From NCBI GenBank assembly GCA_963422365.1, contig OY729426.1:864001-928000 (forward strand): a stretch of 64,000 nt of DNA, written 5' to 3'. A program made the position numbers and the translations under genes. Shown in pieces: positions 9,671-21,632 of the stretch. Within the stretch, counting starts at the first letter, position 1, and each line of letters begins with the position of its first letter. The notes beneath the pieces are model-generated. The model saw only the letters and a program-made list of their open reading frames with translations. It made no database searches and was not told where the DNA came from. Source of the DNA: Nitrospirales bacterium. GTDB lineage: Bacteria; Nitrospirota; Nitrospiria; Nitrospirales; UBA8639.

Positions 9671-10702
9671 ATGCACCAACTTCTTAATACCCTCTACATT
9701 ACCACGGAAGGCGCCTACATCCGCGCGGACCATGAAACATTGAAAGTGGAAGTGGAAAAAGAAACGAAGCTGCAAGTGCCGATTCACCATATTGGCAGTG
9801 TGGTGTGTTTCGGGGACGTGCTGATGAGTCCGGCGGCTATTCATCGGTGTGCGGGCGAAGGACGCTCCGTGGTCTGGCTTGATCGCAACGGTCGCTTTAA
9901 GGCGCGTGCGGAAGGCCCGGTCTCGGGAAACGTGTTGTTGCGTCGAGCCCAACATGCAGCCTCATTAAATCCAGTGGTCACGCTGAACATTGCGAGAAAT
10001 ATGGTGGCGGGAAAGGTCCAAAATGCTCGACAGGTTGTATTGCGTGGAGCAAGAGAAGCTACGCGAGAGGATTATGGTGTTGCGCTGCGAGACACGGCTA
10101 ACGCACTAGCCAGAACGGTTCAGCGCCTGCCTGCTTGTGAAGATCTAGACACCCTGAGAGGGCTTGAGGGTGAAGCGGCTCGTGTGTATTTCTCGACGTT
10201 TGACCGAATGGTCTCGGTTGATGAAGAAACCTTTAAGATGAATGGTCGAAGTCGCAGGCCGCCGGTAGATCCGTTGAATGCTATCTTATCCTTTCTCTAT
10301 GCCTTGTTGATGAATGACTGTGTGGCGGCGGCTGAGGGCGTAGGGCTTGATCCGCAGGTCGGCTTTCTGCATGCCATCCGGCCTGGGCGCGCTGCGTTTG
10401 CTTTGGACTTGATGGAAGAATTTCGCTGTATTTTAGCTGATCGGTTGGCGTTGACCTTGATCAACCGGCGGCAAATCACCGCACCAGATTTTCTGGAGCG
10501 GCCTGGTGGGGCTGTGCATTTACACGATGATAGTCGAAAGGCTGTCATCGTGGCGTATCAGAAACGCAAGCAAGAAGAAATCACGCATCCTATGCTGGAT
10601 CAAAAAATGCCGTTTGGGGTGGTTCCGCATGTGCAGGCACGGTTACTGGCTCGGGTGCTCAGGAAGGATATGGAGGCCTATATCCCATTTACCATCCGGT
10701 AG
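9671..10702 (+). CDS. cas1: Type I-C Cas1
   Basis: [46 protein letters not shown] and ALDLMEEFR. Confidence 0.97.
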   Translation: MHQLLNTLYITTEGAYIRADHETLKVEVEKETKLQVPIHHIGSVVCFGDVLMSPAAIHRCAGEGRSVVWLDRNGRFKARAEGPVSGNVLLRRAQHAASLNPVVTLNIARNMVAGKVQNARQVVLRGAREATREDYGVALRDTANALARTVQRLPACEDLDTLRGLEGEAARVYFSTFDRMVSVDEETFKMNGRSRRPPVDPLNAILSFLYALLMNDCVAAAEGVGLDPQVGFLHAIRPGRAAFALDLMEEFRCILADRLALTLINRRQITAPDFLERPGGAVHLHDDSRKAVIVAYQKRKQEEITHPMLDQKMPFGVVPHVQARLLARVLRKDMEAYIPFTIR

Positions 10703-10712
10703 GAATACTCCC

Positions 10713-11003
10713 ATGCACGTCTTAGTGACCTATGATGTCTCGACAGAGACGGCTGCAGGAAAAAGGCGGTTGCGGAAGATTGCCGAAGCGTGTCAGAACT
10801 TTGGGCAGCGCGTGCAAAAATCGGTGTTTGAATGTGCGGTCAACGAGATGCAATACGAGGAATTGACTCGGCGGTTAGTCAACATCATGGATGAAAAGGA
10901 GGATAGCCTACGGTTGTACCGGCTTGCACAGCCGAAGGAGCAATACGTGAAAGTTTTTGGAATTGACACAGCGGTGGATTTTGAGGGGCCTCTGGTGTGG
11001 TAA
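10713..11003 (+). CDS. cas2: Cas2
   Basis: [10 protein letters not shown]...[24 protein letters not shown]...[11 protein letters not shown] at 10713, 96 aa. Confidence 0.95.
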   Translation: MHVLVTYDVSTETAAGKRRLRKIAEACQNFGQRVQKSVFECAVNEMQYEELTRRLVNIMDEKEDSLRLYRLAQPKEQYVKVFGIDTAVDFEGPLVW

Positions 11004-11182
11004 ACGCGAACCTGAAGCGCTTGCAAAATCCTAGGAGATTCGCGGGTAAGAGAACATGTTGATTTCATGAGGAGTTTGAGCATGTGGATCAATAAACAGG
11101 ATGTAAACGATGAGATGCGAAAAGGAGGTTCGCCGGATGAATGCGTTAACTGTCTGAAAGTTCGACAGATTTTTGTGATACA
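11004..11182 (+). promoter_or_regulatory. CRISPR leader
   Basis: Non-coding stretch between cas2 and the first repeat, with GCGAACC / GATTCGC / GGTTCGC motifs. Confidence 0.8.
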
Positions 11183-14100
11183 GTAGCGCCCACCTTTCGA
11201 GGTGGGCGAGGATTGAAACTCCGCACAAAAGGCGATGACGTCGGCATCATGTTCCGTAGCGCCCACCTTTCGAGGTGGGCGAGGATTGAAACGGGCAGAC
11301 ATTGTGGCCGTATTGACGGAATTCCGATTGTAGCGCCCACCTTTCGAGGTGGGCGAGGATTGAAACAAGAATTTTACAAATAACAAGAAAAACAAAAATG
11401 TAGCGCCCACCTTTCGAGGTGGGCGAGGATTGAAACTCCTCGCCCGTGCGCTATGCCTCTGGTGAGCAGCGTAGCGCCCACCTTTCGAGGTGGGCGAGGA
11501 TTGAAACGAAGAGCTCATCGCCGCCCGGCGGCACCGCCACAACGTAGCGCCCACCTTTCGAGGTGGGCGAGGATTGAAACAGCGTGGCCGCCACGCTACC
11601 AGACAAAACAAGTATCGTAGCGCCCACCTTTCGAGGTGGGCGAGGATTGAAACACGTCATCATTGAGCCGTGCCGTATTGATCGAGCGTAGCGCCCACCT
11701 TTCGAGGTGGGCGAGGATTGAAACTCGATCCCCGGCGCAATGCCGGCGAGGATCGACAGTAGCGCCCACCTTTCGAGGTGGGCGAGGATTGAAACTTTTT
11801 GGCGCCGAGCGAACGCGGCGGACAAAATAGTAGCGCCCACCTTTCGAGGTGGGCGAGGATTGAAACAGTCTGTCGCCCGCGCTCTGATGCGCGATGATGC
11901 GCGTAGCGCCCACCTTTCGAGGTGGGCGAGGATTGAAACTCAAAACGCAAGCAACGATAAGCCGGCGAACAACAGTAGCGCCCACCTTTCGAGGTGGGCG
12001 AGGATTGAAACATGTGCCCGAAGGAGAACGCGAATATGTCGCGTCAGTAGCGCCCACCTTTCGAGGTGGGCGAGGATTGAAACATCGCGCCGCACGAGTT
12101 GCTGTGCCGCGTGTACCGTAGCGCCCACCTTTCGAGGTGGGCGAGGATTGAAACATTTTTTCGCCGACGTCGGTGTTGCGCGAGGCCGAGGTAGCGCCCA
12201 CCTTTCGAGGTGGGCGAGGATTGAAACCAAAACCGTGCGGGACTTCACGGCGCGGGTGTTCCGTAGCGCCCACCTTTCGAGGTGGGCGAGGATTGAAACA
12301 CCGGTCACCTCCGGCAAAAATATCGAGATCTCCGGTAGCGCCCACCTTTCGAGGTGGGCGAGGATTGAAACTAGATCGCGGGCGTGGCGGCATCTCCGCC
12401 TCTTGCGTAGCGCCCACCTTTCGAGGTGGGCGAGGATTGAAACATCCACCAATCCCAAGAGCCGCATCTCATATGTGGTAGCGCCCACCTTTCGAGGTGG
12501 GCGAGGATTGAAACAGACTTGGCGGACGACCGTGCAATCCGGCGGCGCCGTAGCGCCCACCTTTCGAGGTGGGCGAGGATTGAAACGCGCTCTCCCTCTG
12601 GCACGTCGAGATCATCCATCGTAGCGCCCACCTTTCGAGGTGGGCGAGGATTGAAACGCCAATGCGAAAGCCCAGGCCTGGTGGCGCGTGCGGTAGCGCC
12701 CACCTTTCGAGGTGGGCGAGGATTGAAACAAAAAAATCGTGCACGATACATTTTTATCGATCTCGTAGCGCCCACCTTTCGAGGTGGGCGAGGATTGAAA
12801 CTATTTTTCCCAATTTGGGTGAGCGAAAAAATATTGTCGTAGCGCCCACCTTTCGAGGTGGGCGAGGATTGAAACTAAAAAGTGAATACCATTTAATCCT
12901 CTCGCCCGATCGTAGCGCCCACCTTTCGAGGTGGGCGAGGATTGAAACGAGAGCTCGCCGGTTTGCCCCACCGGCCGGCGGTCGTAGCGCCCACCTTTCG
13001 AGGTGGGCGAGGATTGAAACGACCAAGCATGGTACGATCAAAAACGCGCGGCCGCGTAGCGCCCACCTTTCGAGGTGGGCGAGGATTGAAACAGATTGTG
13101 ACTCAATCGTCGGATCCAATCCCTCAAAGTAGCGCCCACCTTTCGAGGTGGGCGAGGATTGAAACTGGTACGTCGAGATCATCCATCATGCGATTGATCG
13201 TAGCGCCCACCTTTCGAGGTGGGCGAGGATTGAAACAACAGGGCCGGGCGGGCGGAGGCCGCGAGGAACACCGTAGCGCCCACCTTTCGAGGTGGGCGAG
13301 GATTGAAACACTTTTGTCCCGACGGCCGCTGCGGCAATGCTATTGTAGCGCCCACCTTTCGAGGTGGGCGAGGATTGAAACCTTGATGGCCTCCGGCACC
13401 GCGGAGGCTGACACGAGTAGCGCCCACCTTTCGAGGTGGGCGAGGATTGAAACGTCTGGGGCAATCCGTGCTCTTCGGAGGGCTGTCCAGTAGCGCCCAC
13501 CTTTCGAGGTGGGCGAGGATTGAAACCTCGCAGCGCGCCTTTCCTGGTGTCCCACAGCGCCGTAGCGCCCACCTTTCGAGGTGGGCGAGGATTGAAACGG
13601 ATCCATTTAAATCCTCGCCGCACTGGCACAGTGTAGCGCCCACCTTTCGAGGTGGGCGAGGATTGAAACACGACCGCGCAAATCGAGATGATCACCGCAC
13701 TCAGGGTAGCGCCCACCTTTCGAGGTGGGCGAGGATTGAAACACACAAGCACTCGCCGGCAATACCGCGATCCTTATTGTAGCGCCCACCTTTCGAGGTG
13801 GGCGAGGATTGAAACGTTGCTTGGCCTCGATGCCGGCAAAGCCAAGGATAGTAGCGCCCACCTTTCGAGGTGGGCGAGGATTGAAACCAGAGCCCGGCGA
13901 GAGCCACCCAAATGTATCCTTGGTAGCGCCCACCTTTCGAGGTGGGCGAGGATTGAAACTTAAATGCGAAAGCCCAGGCCTGGTGGCGCGTGCGGTAGCG
14001 CCCACCTTTCGAGGTGGGCGAGGATTGAAACATCGTCTCTCGGGCGCTCACCGTATCATGCAGATGTAGCGCCCACCTTTCGAGGTGGGCGAGGATTGAA

Positions 14101-17100
14101 ACACGGTGTTTCGGGTGGTGGGGCGGAAAAAATAAAAAGTAGCGCCCACCTTTCGAGGTGGGCGAGGATTGAAACCCTAGAGAGATACCCTAATGGCAAA
14201 ACTACTTATAGTAGCGCCCACCTTTCGAGGTGGGCGAGGATTGAAACTGAATAGCGCCTGATCATAATCGCGGCTGGTCTCAAGTGTAGCGCCCACCTTT
14301 CGAGGTGGGCGAGGATTGAAACTACCACCAGCGTCGCCGCGCCGCATGGGTTGACAGTAGCGCCCACCTTTCGAGGTGGGCGAGGATTGAAACATACTCG
14401 CCGTGGCCGTTGACCTCGGCGACCAAAGTAGCGCCCACCTTTCGAGGTGGGCGAGGATTGAAACATTAACAACAACGATGGGTCCCCGAGCCGCACGCAG
14501 TAGCGCCCACCTTTCGAGGTGGGCGAGGATTGAAACCCCCGCTGGTGGCGGTGCGGAACAGCCCGAGGGTGGTAGCGCCCACCTTTCGAGGTGGGCGAGG
14601 ATTGAAACTATGTGGACCGCCGCTGGGACGGCACGCAGCTCTTGTAGCGCCCACCTTTCGAGGTGGGCGAGGATTGAAACGGCAAATCCGGACGCGATGT
14701 GATGGGCTCAGCCTCGTAGCGCCCACCTTTCGAGGTGGGCGAGGATTGAAACCAATCCGGCGGCGCCAATGTGTCGGCCTCGCGCGAGTAGCGCCCACCT
14801 TTCGAGGTGGGCGAGGATTGAAACGGGTGCAAGATGAGATTAATCGCAAGCGCCATGGGGTAGCGCCCACCTTTCGAGGTGGGCGAGGATTGAAACTCCC
14901 ACGCACCCTGATCGCGATACTCGATCACAGCATGTAGCGCCCACCTTTCGAGGTGGGCGAGGATTGAAACGAGCAATTGGCCCTCCTCGCCGCCGAGGCG
15001 GTGCCGCGTAGCGCCCACCTTTCGAGGTGGGCGAGGATTGAAACGCGTAATGCGCCGAGTGGGAGCGCTCGTGCACGATGTAGCGCCCACCTTTCGAGGT
15101 GGGCGAGGATTGAAACGTGGCATCCTGATACACATATGATTGCAGGATGAGCGTAGCGCCCACCTTTCGAGGTGGGCGAGGATTGAAACTGCACTAGCCG
15201 CCGGCGTGGCCGATCCGCCGATGGGTAGCGCCCACCTTTCGAGGTGGGCGAGGATTGAAACGTTTGCGCGTGGCGCTCACGCGCACGGCATTGATCGTAG
15301 CGCCCACCTTTCGAGGTGGGCGAGGATTGAAACATCTCGGTCGTGACCTCCTCGTAGCTGGCGAGCGGTAGCGCCCACCTTTCGAGGTGGGCGAGGATTG
15401 AAACCAGGAGCTCCGCGAGGCCAGCCCCGTGGATACGGGGGTAGCGCCCACCTTTCGAGGTGGGCGAGGATTGAAACACCGTCCGTGCCCGGCTCCCCGC
15501 GATTGGCGAGTAGTAGCGCCCACCTTTCGAGGTGGGCGAGGATTGAAACTCCTCCTTGCGTCCGTCATGAGAGGCTGAGGCACGCGTAGCGCCCACCTTT
15601 CGAGGTGGGCGAGGATTGAAACCGATCTCGGTGCGAGTAGATAAATTTATCCATGTCGTAGCGCCCACCTTTCGAGGTGGGCGAGGATTGAAACGCGCCC
15701 CAGTTGATGGTGATCGATTGCATGTTGGGCGTAGCGCCCACCTTTCGAGGTGGGCGAGGATTGAAACGCAATCGAGGCAATCGCCACAGCCGGCCTGATG
15801 ATGTAGCGCCCACCTTTCGAGGTGGGCGAGGATTGAAACATCGTTAGCATTGCAACCATTGTTTTTATGATTATCGTAGCGCCCACCTTTCGAGGTGGGC
15901 GAGGATTGAAACGCGGCATCGGCGCGCCGCCGAATCTCACCGATGCCGTAGCGCCCACCTTTCGAGGTGGGCGAGGATTGAAACTTGCAAAAAATCGAAA
16001 GCCACGAAAAGCTATGCTGTAGCGCCCACCTTTCGAGGTGGGCGAGGATTGAAACCGCGAGAGATGAGCCGGGCGGCCCGCACCAGGCGAAGTAGCGCCC
16101 ACCTTTCGAGGTGGGCGAGGATTGAAACGCGTCGATGCCAGGTTGGACGAGGCGTGGAAAGAGAGTAGCGCCCACCTTTCGAGGTGGGCGAGGATTGAAA
16201 CATGTGATCAAATTTAGCATCAATAATTTTTTGCGGTAGCGCCCACCTTTCGAGGTGGGCGAGGATTGAAACCGAGATCCCATTCCGCTGGCGGCAATAT
16301 TTGGCCTGTAGCGCCCACCTTTCGAGGTGGGCGAGGATTGAAACAGCGCAAACGCCGTTGCCCGCGTGGTGAAAATCGGATGTAGCGCCCACCTTTCGAG
16401 GTGGGCGAGGATTGAAACTCCGCGACGGGAGGCGCGGCGGCTTGCCTTAGCCGGTAGCGCCCACCTTTCGAGGTGGGCGAGGATTGAAACCAAGCTGGTC
16501 GCGCACGGAGGCAGGCGCTCAGCCATCGTAGCGCCCACCTTTCGAGGTGGGCGAGGATTGAAACGAGAAGATAGAGGCCACGCTGGGCGTGATCCCTGAG
16601 TAGCGCCCACCTTTCGAGGTGGGCGAGGATTGAAACAGGTCCATCAGCAGGCATCTGTGCACGGATGGCCGCGTAGCGCCCACCTTTCGAGGTGGGCGAG
16701 GATTGAAACAAAAATCCTGTTGCCGACCACGAGCCCCGCGAGCGCCGTAGCGCCCACCTTTCGAGGTGGGCGAGGATTGAAACCACTGTTGCCCGGCATT
16801 GGCGGCGATCGAGCTGTAGTAGCGCCTACCTTTCGAGGTGGGCGAGGATTGAAACACTACGCCGGACAGCACGAGCACCCTCACGCTCGAGGTAGCGCCC
16901 ACCTTTCGAGGTGGGCGAGGATTGAAACATGGCATTCATTCTCAGCAGTTCATTTGTTCCGGAGTAGCGCCCACCTTTCGAGGTGGGCGAGGATTGAAAC
17001 ATGGATACTCTTACCTATCATCATGAGCCAACTGGCGTAGCGCCCACCTTTCGAGGTGGGCGAGGATTGAAACGGTAGACTTCGGACGAGACCAATCGAT

Positions 17101-18373
17101 CTGATCAAGGTAGCGCCCACCTTTCGAGGTGGGCGAGGATTGAAACTTGAGCGGCAGATCCATCTCTATCGTAAGCCACAGTGTAGCGCCCACCTTTCGA
17201 GGTGGGCGAGGATTGAAACAACGGCCACGGCGAGTATGCCATGACCACTGTGAGCGTAGCGCCCACCTTTCGAGGTGGGCGAGGATTGAAACATACCTGG
17301 TGCCTGTGCCGCTTACGGTGATCGCCGGTAGCGCCCACCTTTCGAGGTGGGCGAGGATTGAAACCGAGCCATCCGCGCACTGGATCACCACGCGCTGGCG
17401 TAGCGCCCACCTTTCGAGGTGGGCGAGGATTGAAACTCGCCGCCGGTGCTGGCGGATCAGGAGGCGCCGGGTAGCGCCCACCTTTCGAGGTGGGCGAGGA
17501 TTGAAACTATACGTACACCAACCTATTCTCTTGGCGCAGGAAGTAGCGCCCACCTTTCGAGGTGGGCGAGGATTGAAACCGATTGATTCCGGTTTTTCTC
17601 CTTTCAGCGGATACGTAGCGCCCACCTTTCGAGGTGGGCGAGGATTGAAACAAAGCTGATCTCGCGGCCGGCCTCGCGCTGCGGCGTGTAGCGCCCACCT
17701 TTCGAGGTGGGCGAGGATTGAAACAAGCGCCGAGAGATCGACTCCTGGCTGCTCAGCCCGTAGCGCCCACCTTTCGAGGTGGGCGAGGATTGAAACCGCG
17801 ACCGCCGGCCGGTGGGACAAACCGGTGAGCGTAGCGCCCACCTTTCGAGGTGGGCGAGGATTGAAACCTCGGCCGCACAGCCAATGGCTGCATCCACAGC
17901 ATCGTAGCGCCCACCTTTCGAGGTGGGCGAGGATTGAAACAAAGCTGATCTCGCGGCCGGCCTCGCGCTGCGGCGTGTAGCGCCCACCTTTCGAGGTGGG
18001 CGAGGATTGAAACAAGCGCCGAGAGATCGACTCCTGGCTGCTCAGCCCGTAGCGCCCACCTTTCGAGGTGGGCGAGGATTGAAACCTCGGCCGCACAGCC
18101 AATGGCTGCATCCACAGCATCGTAGCGCCCACCTTTCGAGGTGGGCGAGGATTGAAACAGTTTCGGGGCCGAGGATTTCCTGGCGCGCGACCTCGTAGCG
18201 CCCACCTTTCGAGGTGGGCGAGGATTGAAACGCAAAGAGGGTCACACACAACATAAGATGTTGAGGTAGCGCCCACCTTTCGAGGTGGGCGAGGATTGAA
18301 ACCGCGACCGCCGGCCGGTGGGACAAACCGGTGAGCGTAGCGCCCACCTTTCGAGGTGGGCGAGGATTGAAAC
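11183..18373 (+). CRISPR. CRISPR array, 37-bp repeat GTAGCGCCCACCTTTCGAGGTGGGCGAGGATTGAAAC, about 100 repeats and 99 spacers of about 33-38 nt (manual count)
   Basis: Near-invariant repeat with a 9-bp stem and TTCG loop ending in ATTGAAAC. The leader lies next to cas2, so the array reads on the + strand. Confidence 0.99.
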
Positions 18374-18703
18374 CGGAGAAGACCGAAACTGCGACAAACA
18401 GCACGTTACGTGACCGGAGATTTACGGAGTGCCCCGCTTACTCCTCCTGATCGAACACAACTCCTCCAGATTGAGCCACCCGAACAAGCAAGCAGTTCGA
18501 AGAGAAGGTCGAGAACGCAATGAACGAGGCAAAACTCATCATCCGCATTATGGCTATTTGGCCGGTTTCCCTCTGGACCTCAGCTCGAACGCGGGATGGA
18601 TACCGACAGCCCTTCGTCGTCATAGGGGGACGGTGACAGCGAACATGCTCTTTGAACGCCGACTCGCGTTTTCACACGGTGCGTACGGACAACCCCCAGG
18701 AAG

Positions 18704-18988
18704 TTACGAGAGCAGCTTCATCAGCGTGACAACGGCGGTGACGATACCGACAGACATGGCCCAAAGGTGTTTGTAGAGGGATTCGAATTTATGGGTGATG
18801 CGCAGTTCGAGGGTCTGCAGATCGGCCTTCGTTGCGGTCTTTAGTTCTTGCAGATCGGCCTTCGTTGTGACGTTCCCACCGACTGCGTCGCCGACCGTAG
18901 CGATCACGGCTTCGGCCTGGGCATCGCCGAAGCCTGCATCCCGAAGCGCCTTGGCGGCCTTGAGCGTATCGAAAGCTAGCGAGGTCAT
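18704..18988 (-). CDS. DUF1640/CCDC90-like coiled-coil protein with C-terminal TM
   Basis: FDTLKAAKALRDAGF..AQAEA, repeated TKADLQ and a hydrophobic C-terminus. Confidence 0.75.
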   Translation of the reverse strand: MTSLAFDTLKAAKALRDAGFGDAQAEAVIATVGDAVGGNVTTKADLQELKTATKADLQTLELRITHKFESLYKHLWAMSVGIVTAVVTLMKLLS

Positions 18989-19095
18989 TGGTTTGATGAT
19001 GAGCGTCCCGCCAGCCTATGTCAAGGGAAAAGCGATAGCCGCCGCTAGCCCTTTGCTGTTCAATAATTTAATAGAAAGACAAGACGGCGTAACCG

Positions 19096-20735
19096 ATGTC
19101 AACTAATGTAACTCCCGAACCCACCATCTGTGTCATGGCTCTCCACGCCCTGGCGTACTGAGAGCGTCTTTTCTACCTGGAAGAGGTCGAAGAGATCCGC
19201 GTCGCCGATGTGGCTGTGTACGCGGGCCGCCGACTCTATGAAGAGTTGGCGGCTGACGAAGGCGAGCTTGTCAGCATGGTCCTGGAGAGCGAAACGCTCG
19301 GCATCCGTGGCAAAGCTGATTGCCTATGCCGACGCAATGGTCAGATCATTCCCTACGAGCACAAGTGCGGTCGTTCGGCCAAAGGCGACGATGGTTCGCA
19401 GGCATGGACGAGCGACAGGCTTCAGGTCTACGCGTATACGCTACTGTTAGAAGAGCACACCAGTACGCCGATCCATGAAGTCCGGATTCGTTGTCACGCC
19501 AATAATACCACGGTCCGTGTTCCTGTGGACGAAAAAGCACGTGCAGATGTCCGGGAGGCTGTTGCTTATGCCCGAGAACTCAGTCGGTCAGTTGAACGTT
19601 CACCTGTGGCTGAAAATGATCGGCTGTGTCTGCGCTGCTCCCTAGCCCCGGTCTGTCTGCCCGATGAAGAACGCCTGGCCAAAGACGATGATTGGGAACC
19701 CGTCCGGTTATTTCCACAAGATCGTGAACGCCAGACCATCCACGTCACCACACATGGAGTCCGGATTGGGAAGTCAGGAGAAACGCTGACCGTCACGGAT
19801 ACGACAGGCAGAAGCAGGTGTTTCCTGTTCGCGAGGTTGGCGAAATCATTATTCACGGCTACGTCCAAATCAGTGCACAGGCAATCCATCTCTGTGCCTC
19901 TCAGGAAGTTGGGGTGCATTGGTTTACCGGAGGGAGGCAATATGTGAGTGGGCTGGTTGCAAGTGCCGGTCCGGTGCAGCGGCGTATCCGTCAGTTCGAG
20001 GTATTGTGAGATCCTGGCTTGATATTTCGTTTGGCCAGGCAGTTAGTGATTGCCCGAGCGTCCAGCCAACTTGGGTTTTTGCTGCGGGCGTCGCGGGGCA
20101 AAGATCGCAAGGCTTTGGGCATTGAGGAGGCCGTGTGGGGGCTTCGGAACGCGCTTCGTGCTGCCAGTTATGCAGAAGGGATTGATTCCTTGCGCGGTCA
20201 CGAAGGGGACGCTGGACGGCACTATTTCTCAGGCTTCCCTGGGCTACTGCGAGACGACTTGGACGAAAAACTGTGTTTCAATGGAAGAAATCGTCGTCCA
20301 CCTCAGGATCGGATCAACGCGCTGCTGAGCTTTGGCTATGCGCTTTTGTACCGTGATGTGCTGCAGGCGATTATGGCTGTCGGGCTTGAACCGGCTTTCT
20401 GATTTTTCCATCGACCGCGCTTGGCTGCCCACCCCCTTTCCTTGGATTTAATGGAATTGTTTCGGGTCCCACTGTGGGACATGCCGTTGGTAGCTTCGGT
20501 CAATCGTCTGCAATGGGACATGGAAGCGGACTTTACGCCGGCGAGCAAGCAAATCTGGCCGAGTGACTCCGGTCGAAAAAAAGCCATTGAGGTGTATGAA
20601 CGACGAAAGGAAGACCACTGGAAACATCCGGTTACGGGTTATTCATTATCATACGTGCGATTGATCAAACTGGAGGCCCGTTTGCTGGAGAAGGAATGGG
20701 CTGGGGAGCCTGGATTGTTTGCGCACATGCGTCTG
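19096..20735 (+). pseudogene. Cas4-Cas1 fusion pseudogene (Myxan-type, I-B-like)
   Basis: VMALHALAY*ERLFYLEEVEE (stop 19159-19161), GKADC, PYEHK, CLRCSLAPVCLP. Frameshift near 19810, stops at 20007 and 20400. Cas1 motifs LRGHEGDAGRHYF, RNRRPPQDRINALLSFGY and LDLMELFR. Confidence 0.88.
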
Positions 20736-20879
20736 GTTGAGAGGTCGGGTCACCCGTGCGGGGCAGGGAACTATTTGTGTTTTTGCGAGCCTGCCCCCTG
20801 CTTTGCCCGAGAAACGGGAAATTTCCAGGAGGTGAGAGGGGGGCGTTCTTGGGGGATTTTGAGGGGCGGCGTGGGAGCA

Positions 20880-21632
20880 GAATGAGGAGAACCCCCGGGA
20901 GAGCACTGGCCGCGCCCTTACGCACGGGGGGGGGCGCCATGACCAGCAGGACGGCCTGGCCCGTCGGGGAGGTGACGGGGTCCAGCCCATACGGCACGAC
21001 ATAGGGCCGGGTGCCGTTGAAGTCGCGGCGTTCATGATAGATGCGGACTGGCTGAAGGCTGGCCTTGGTCGTCGAGCGTTGGCGCACGGAAGTATTATAG
21101 ACGTTCGTCGTCACTTTTGTCCACGGGTCGAAGAGCCACCCCTTGCGGTAGTACCCCACGGACCGACGCACCCAGAAATCCTGGATTGTCCCGAGGCAAT
21201 AGTAGGCGTGGGGCTGCGCGGTGTGCGTCACGTCCACCCACTGGGTCGTGTCATGCGGGGGGAGGCCACACGGCACCACATCGACGAGCGGGGCCAGTCT
21301 GGCGTCGGGGGCGAGCACCACTGTGCCGGCGGCATTCCAGACCTGCACCCCAGCCCCGCGGCTCGTGGCGGTCAGCCGGGGACGGCGGTGATGCCCCACT
21401 GCGGGGTGCCGGCAGATGTTTGCAAGGCGGGGCGGCGTGCCCGGCCGTTCAGTGTTTGGGCGACCCAGTGCCCGGCTGGGGGTTGAGCGAAGAGCAGGGG
21501 TGCGTGCAGACCCTGGACATCCACCCCGATCTCGCCTGTTCCGCTGCCCAGGACGTGGACCTGCAAGGGCACGAACGTGCCGTCCACGATGACGTGACCT
21601 TCCTGGTTGAGCCAGGCGAGGCCGTAGCTTAT
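20880..21632 (-). pseudogene. Phage tail-accessory protein, frameshifted
   Basis: SYGLAWLNQEGHVIVDG followed in another frame by AGVQVWNAAGTVV, resembling the repeated YGL..N..G motif of small genes that follow tail-tip genes. Confidence 0.45.

Noticed and set aside
10506..10712. 165-aa version of Cas2
   Set aside because: The extension overlaps cas1; Cas2 motifs begin at ATG 10713.
10793..18404. Many long ORFs (up to 561 aa) across the array
   Set aside because: They are translations of the repeat ([36 protein letters not shown]), which has few stops; not genes.
18374..18450. Degenerate terminal CRISPR repeat after a 36-nt spacer-sized stretch
   Set aside because: The following sequence shows no convincing similarity to the repeat.
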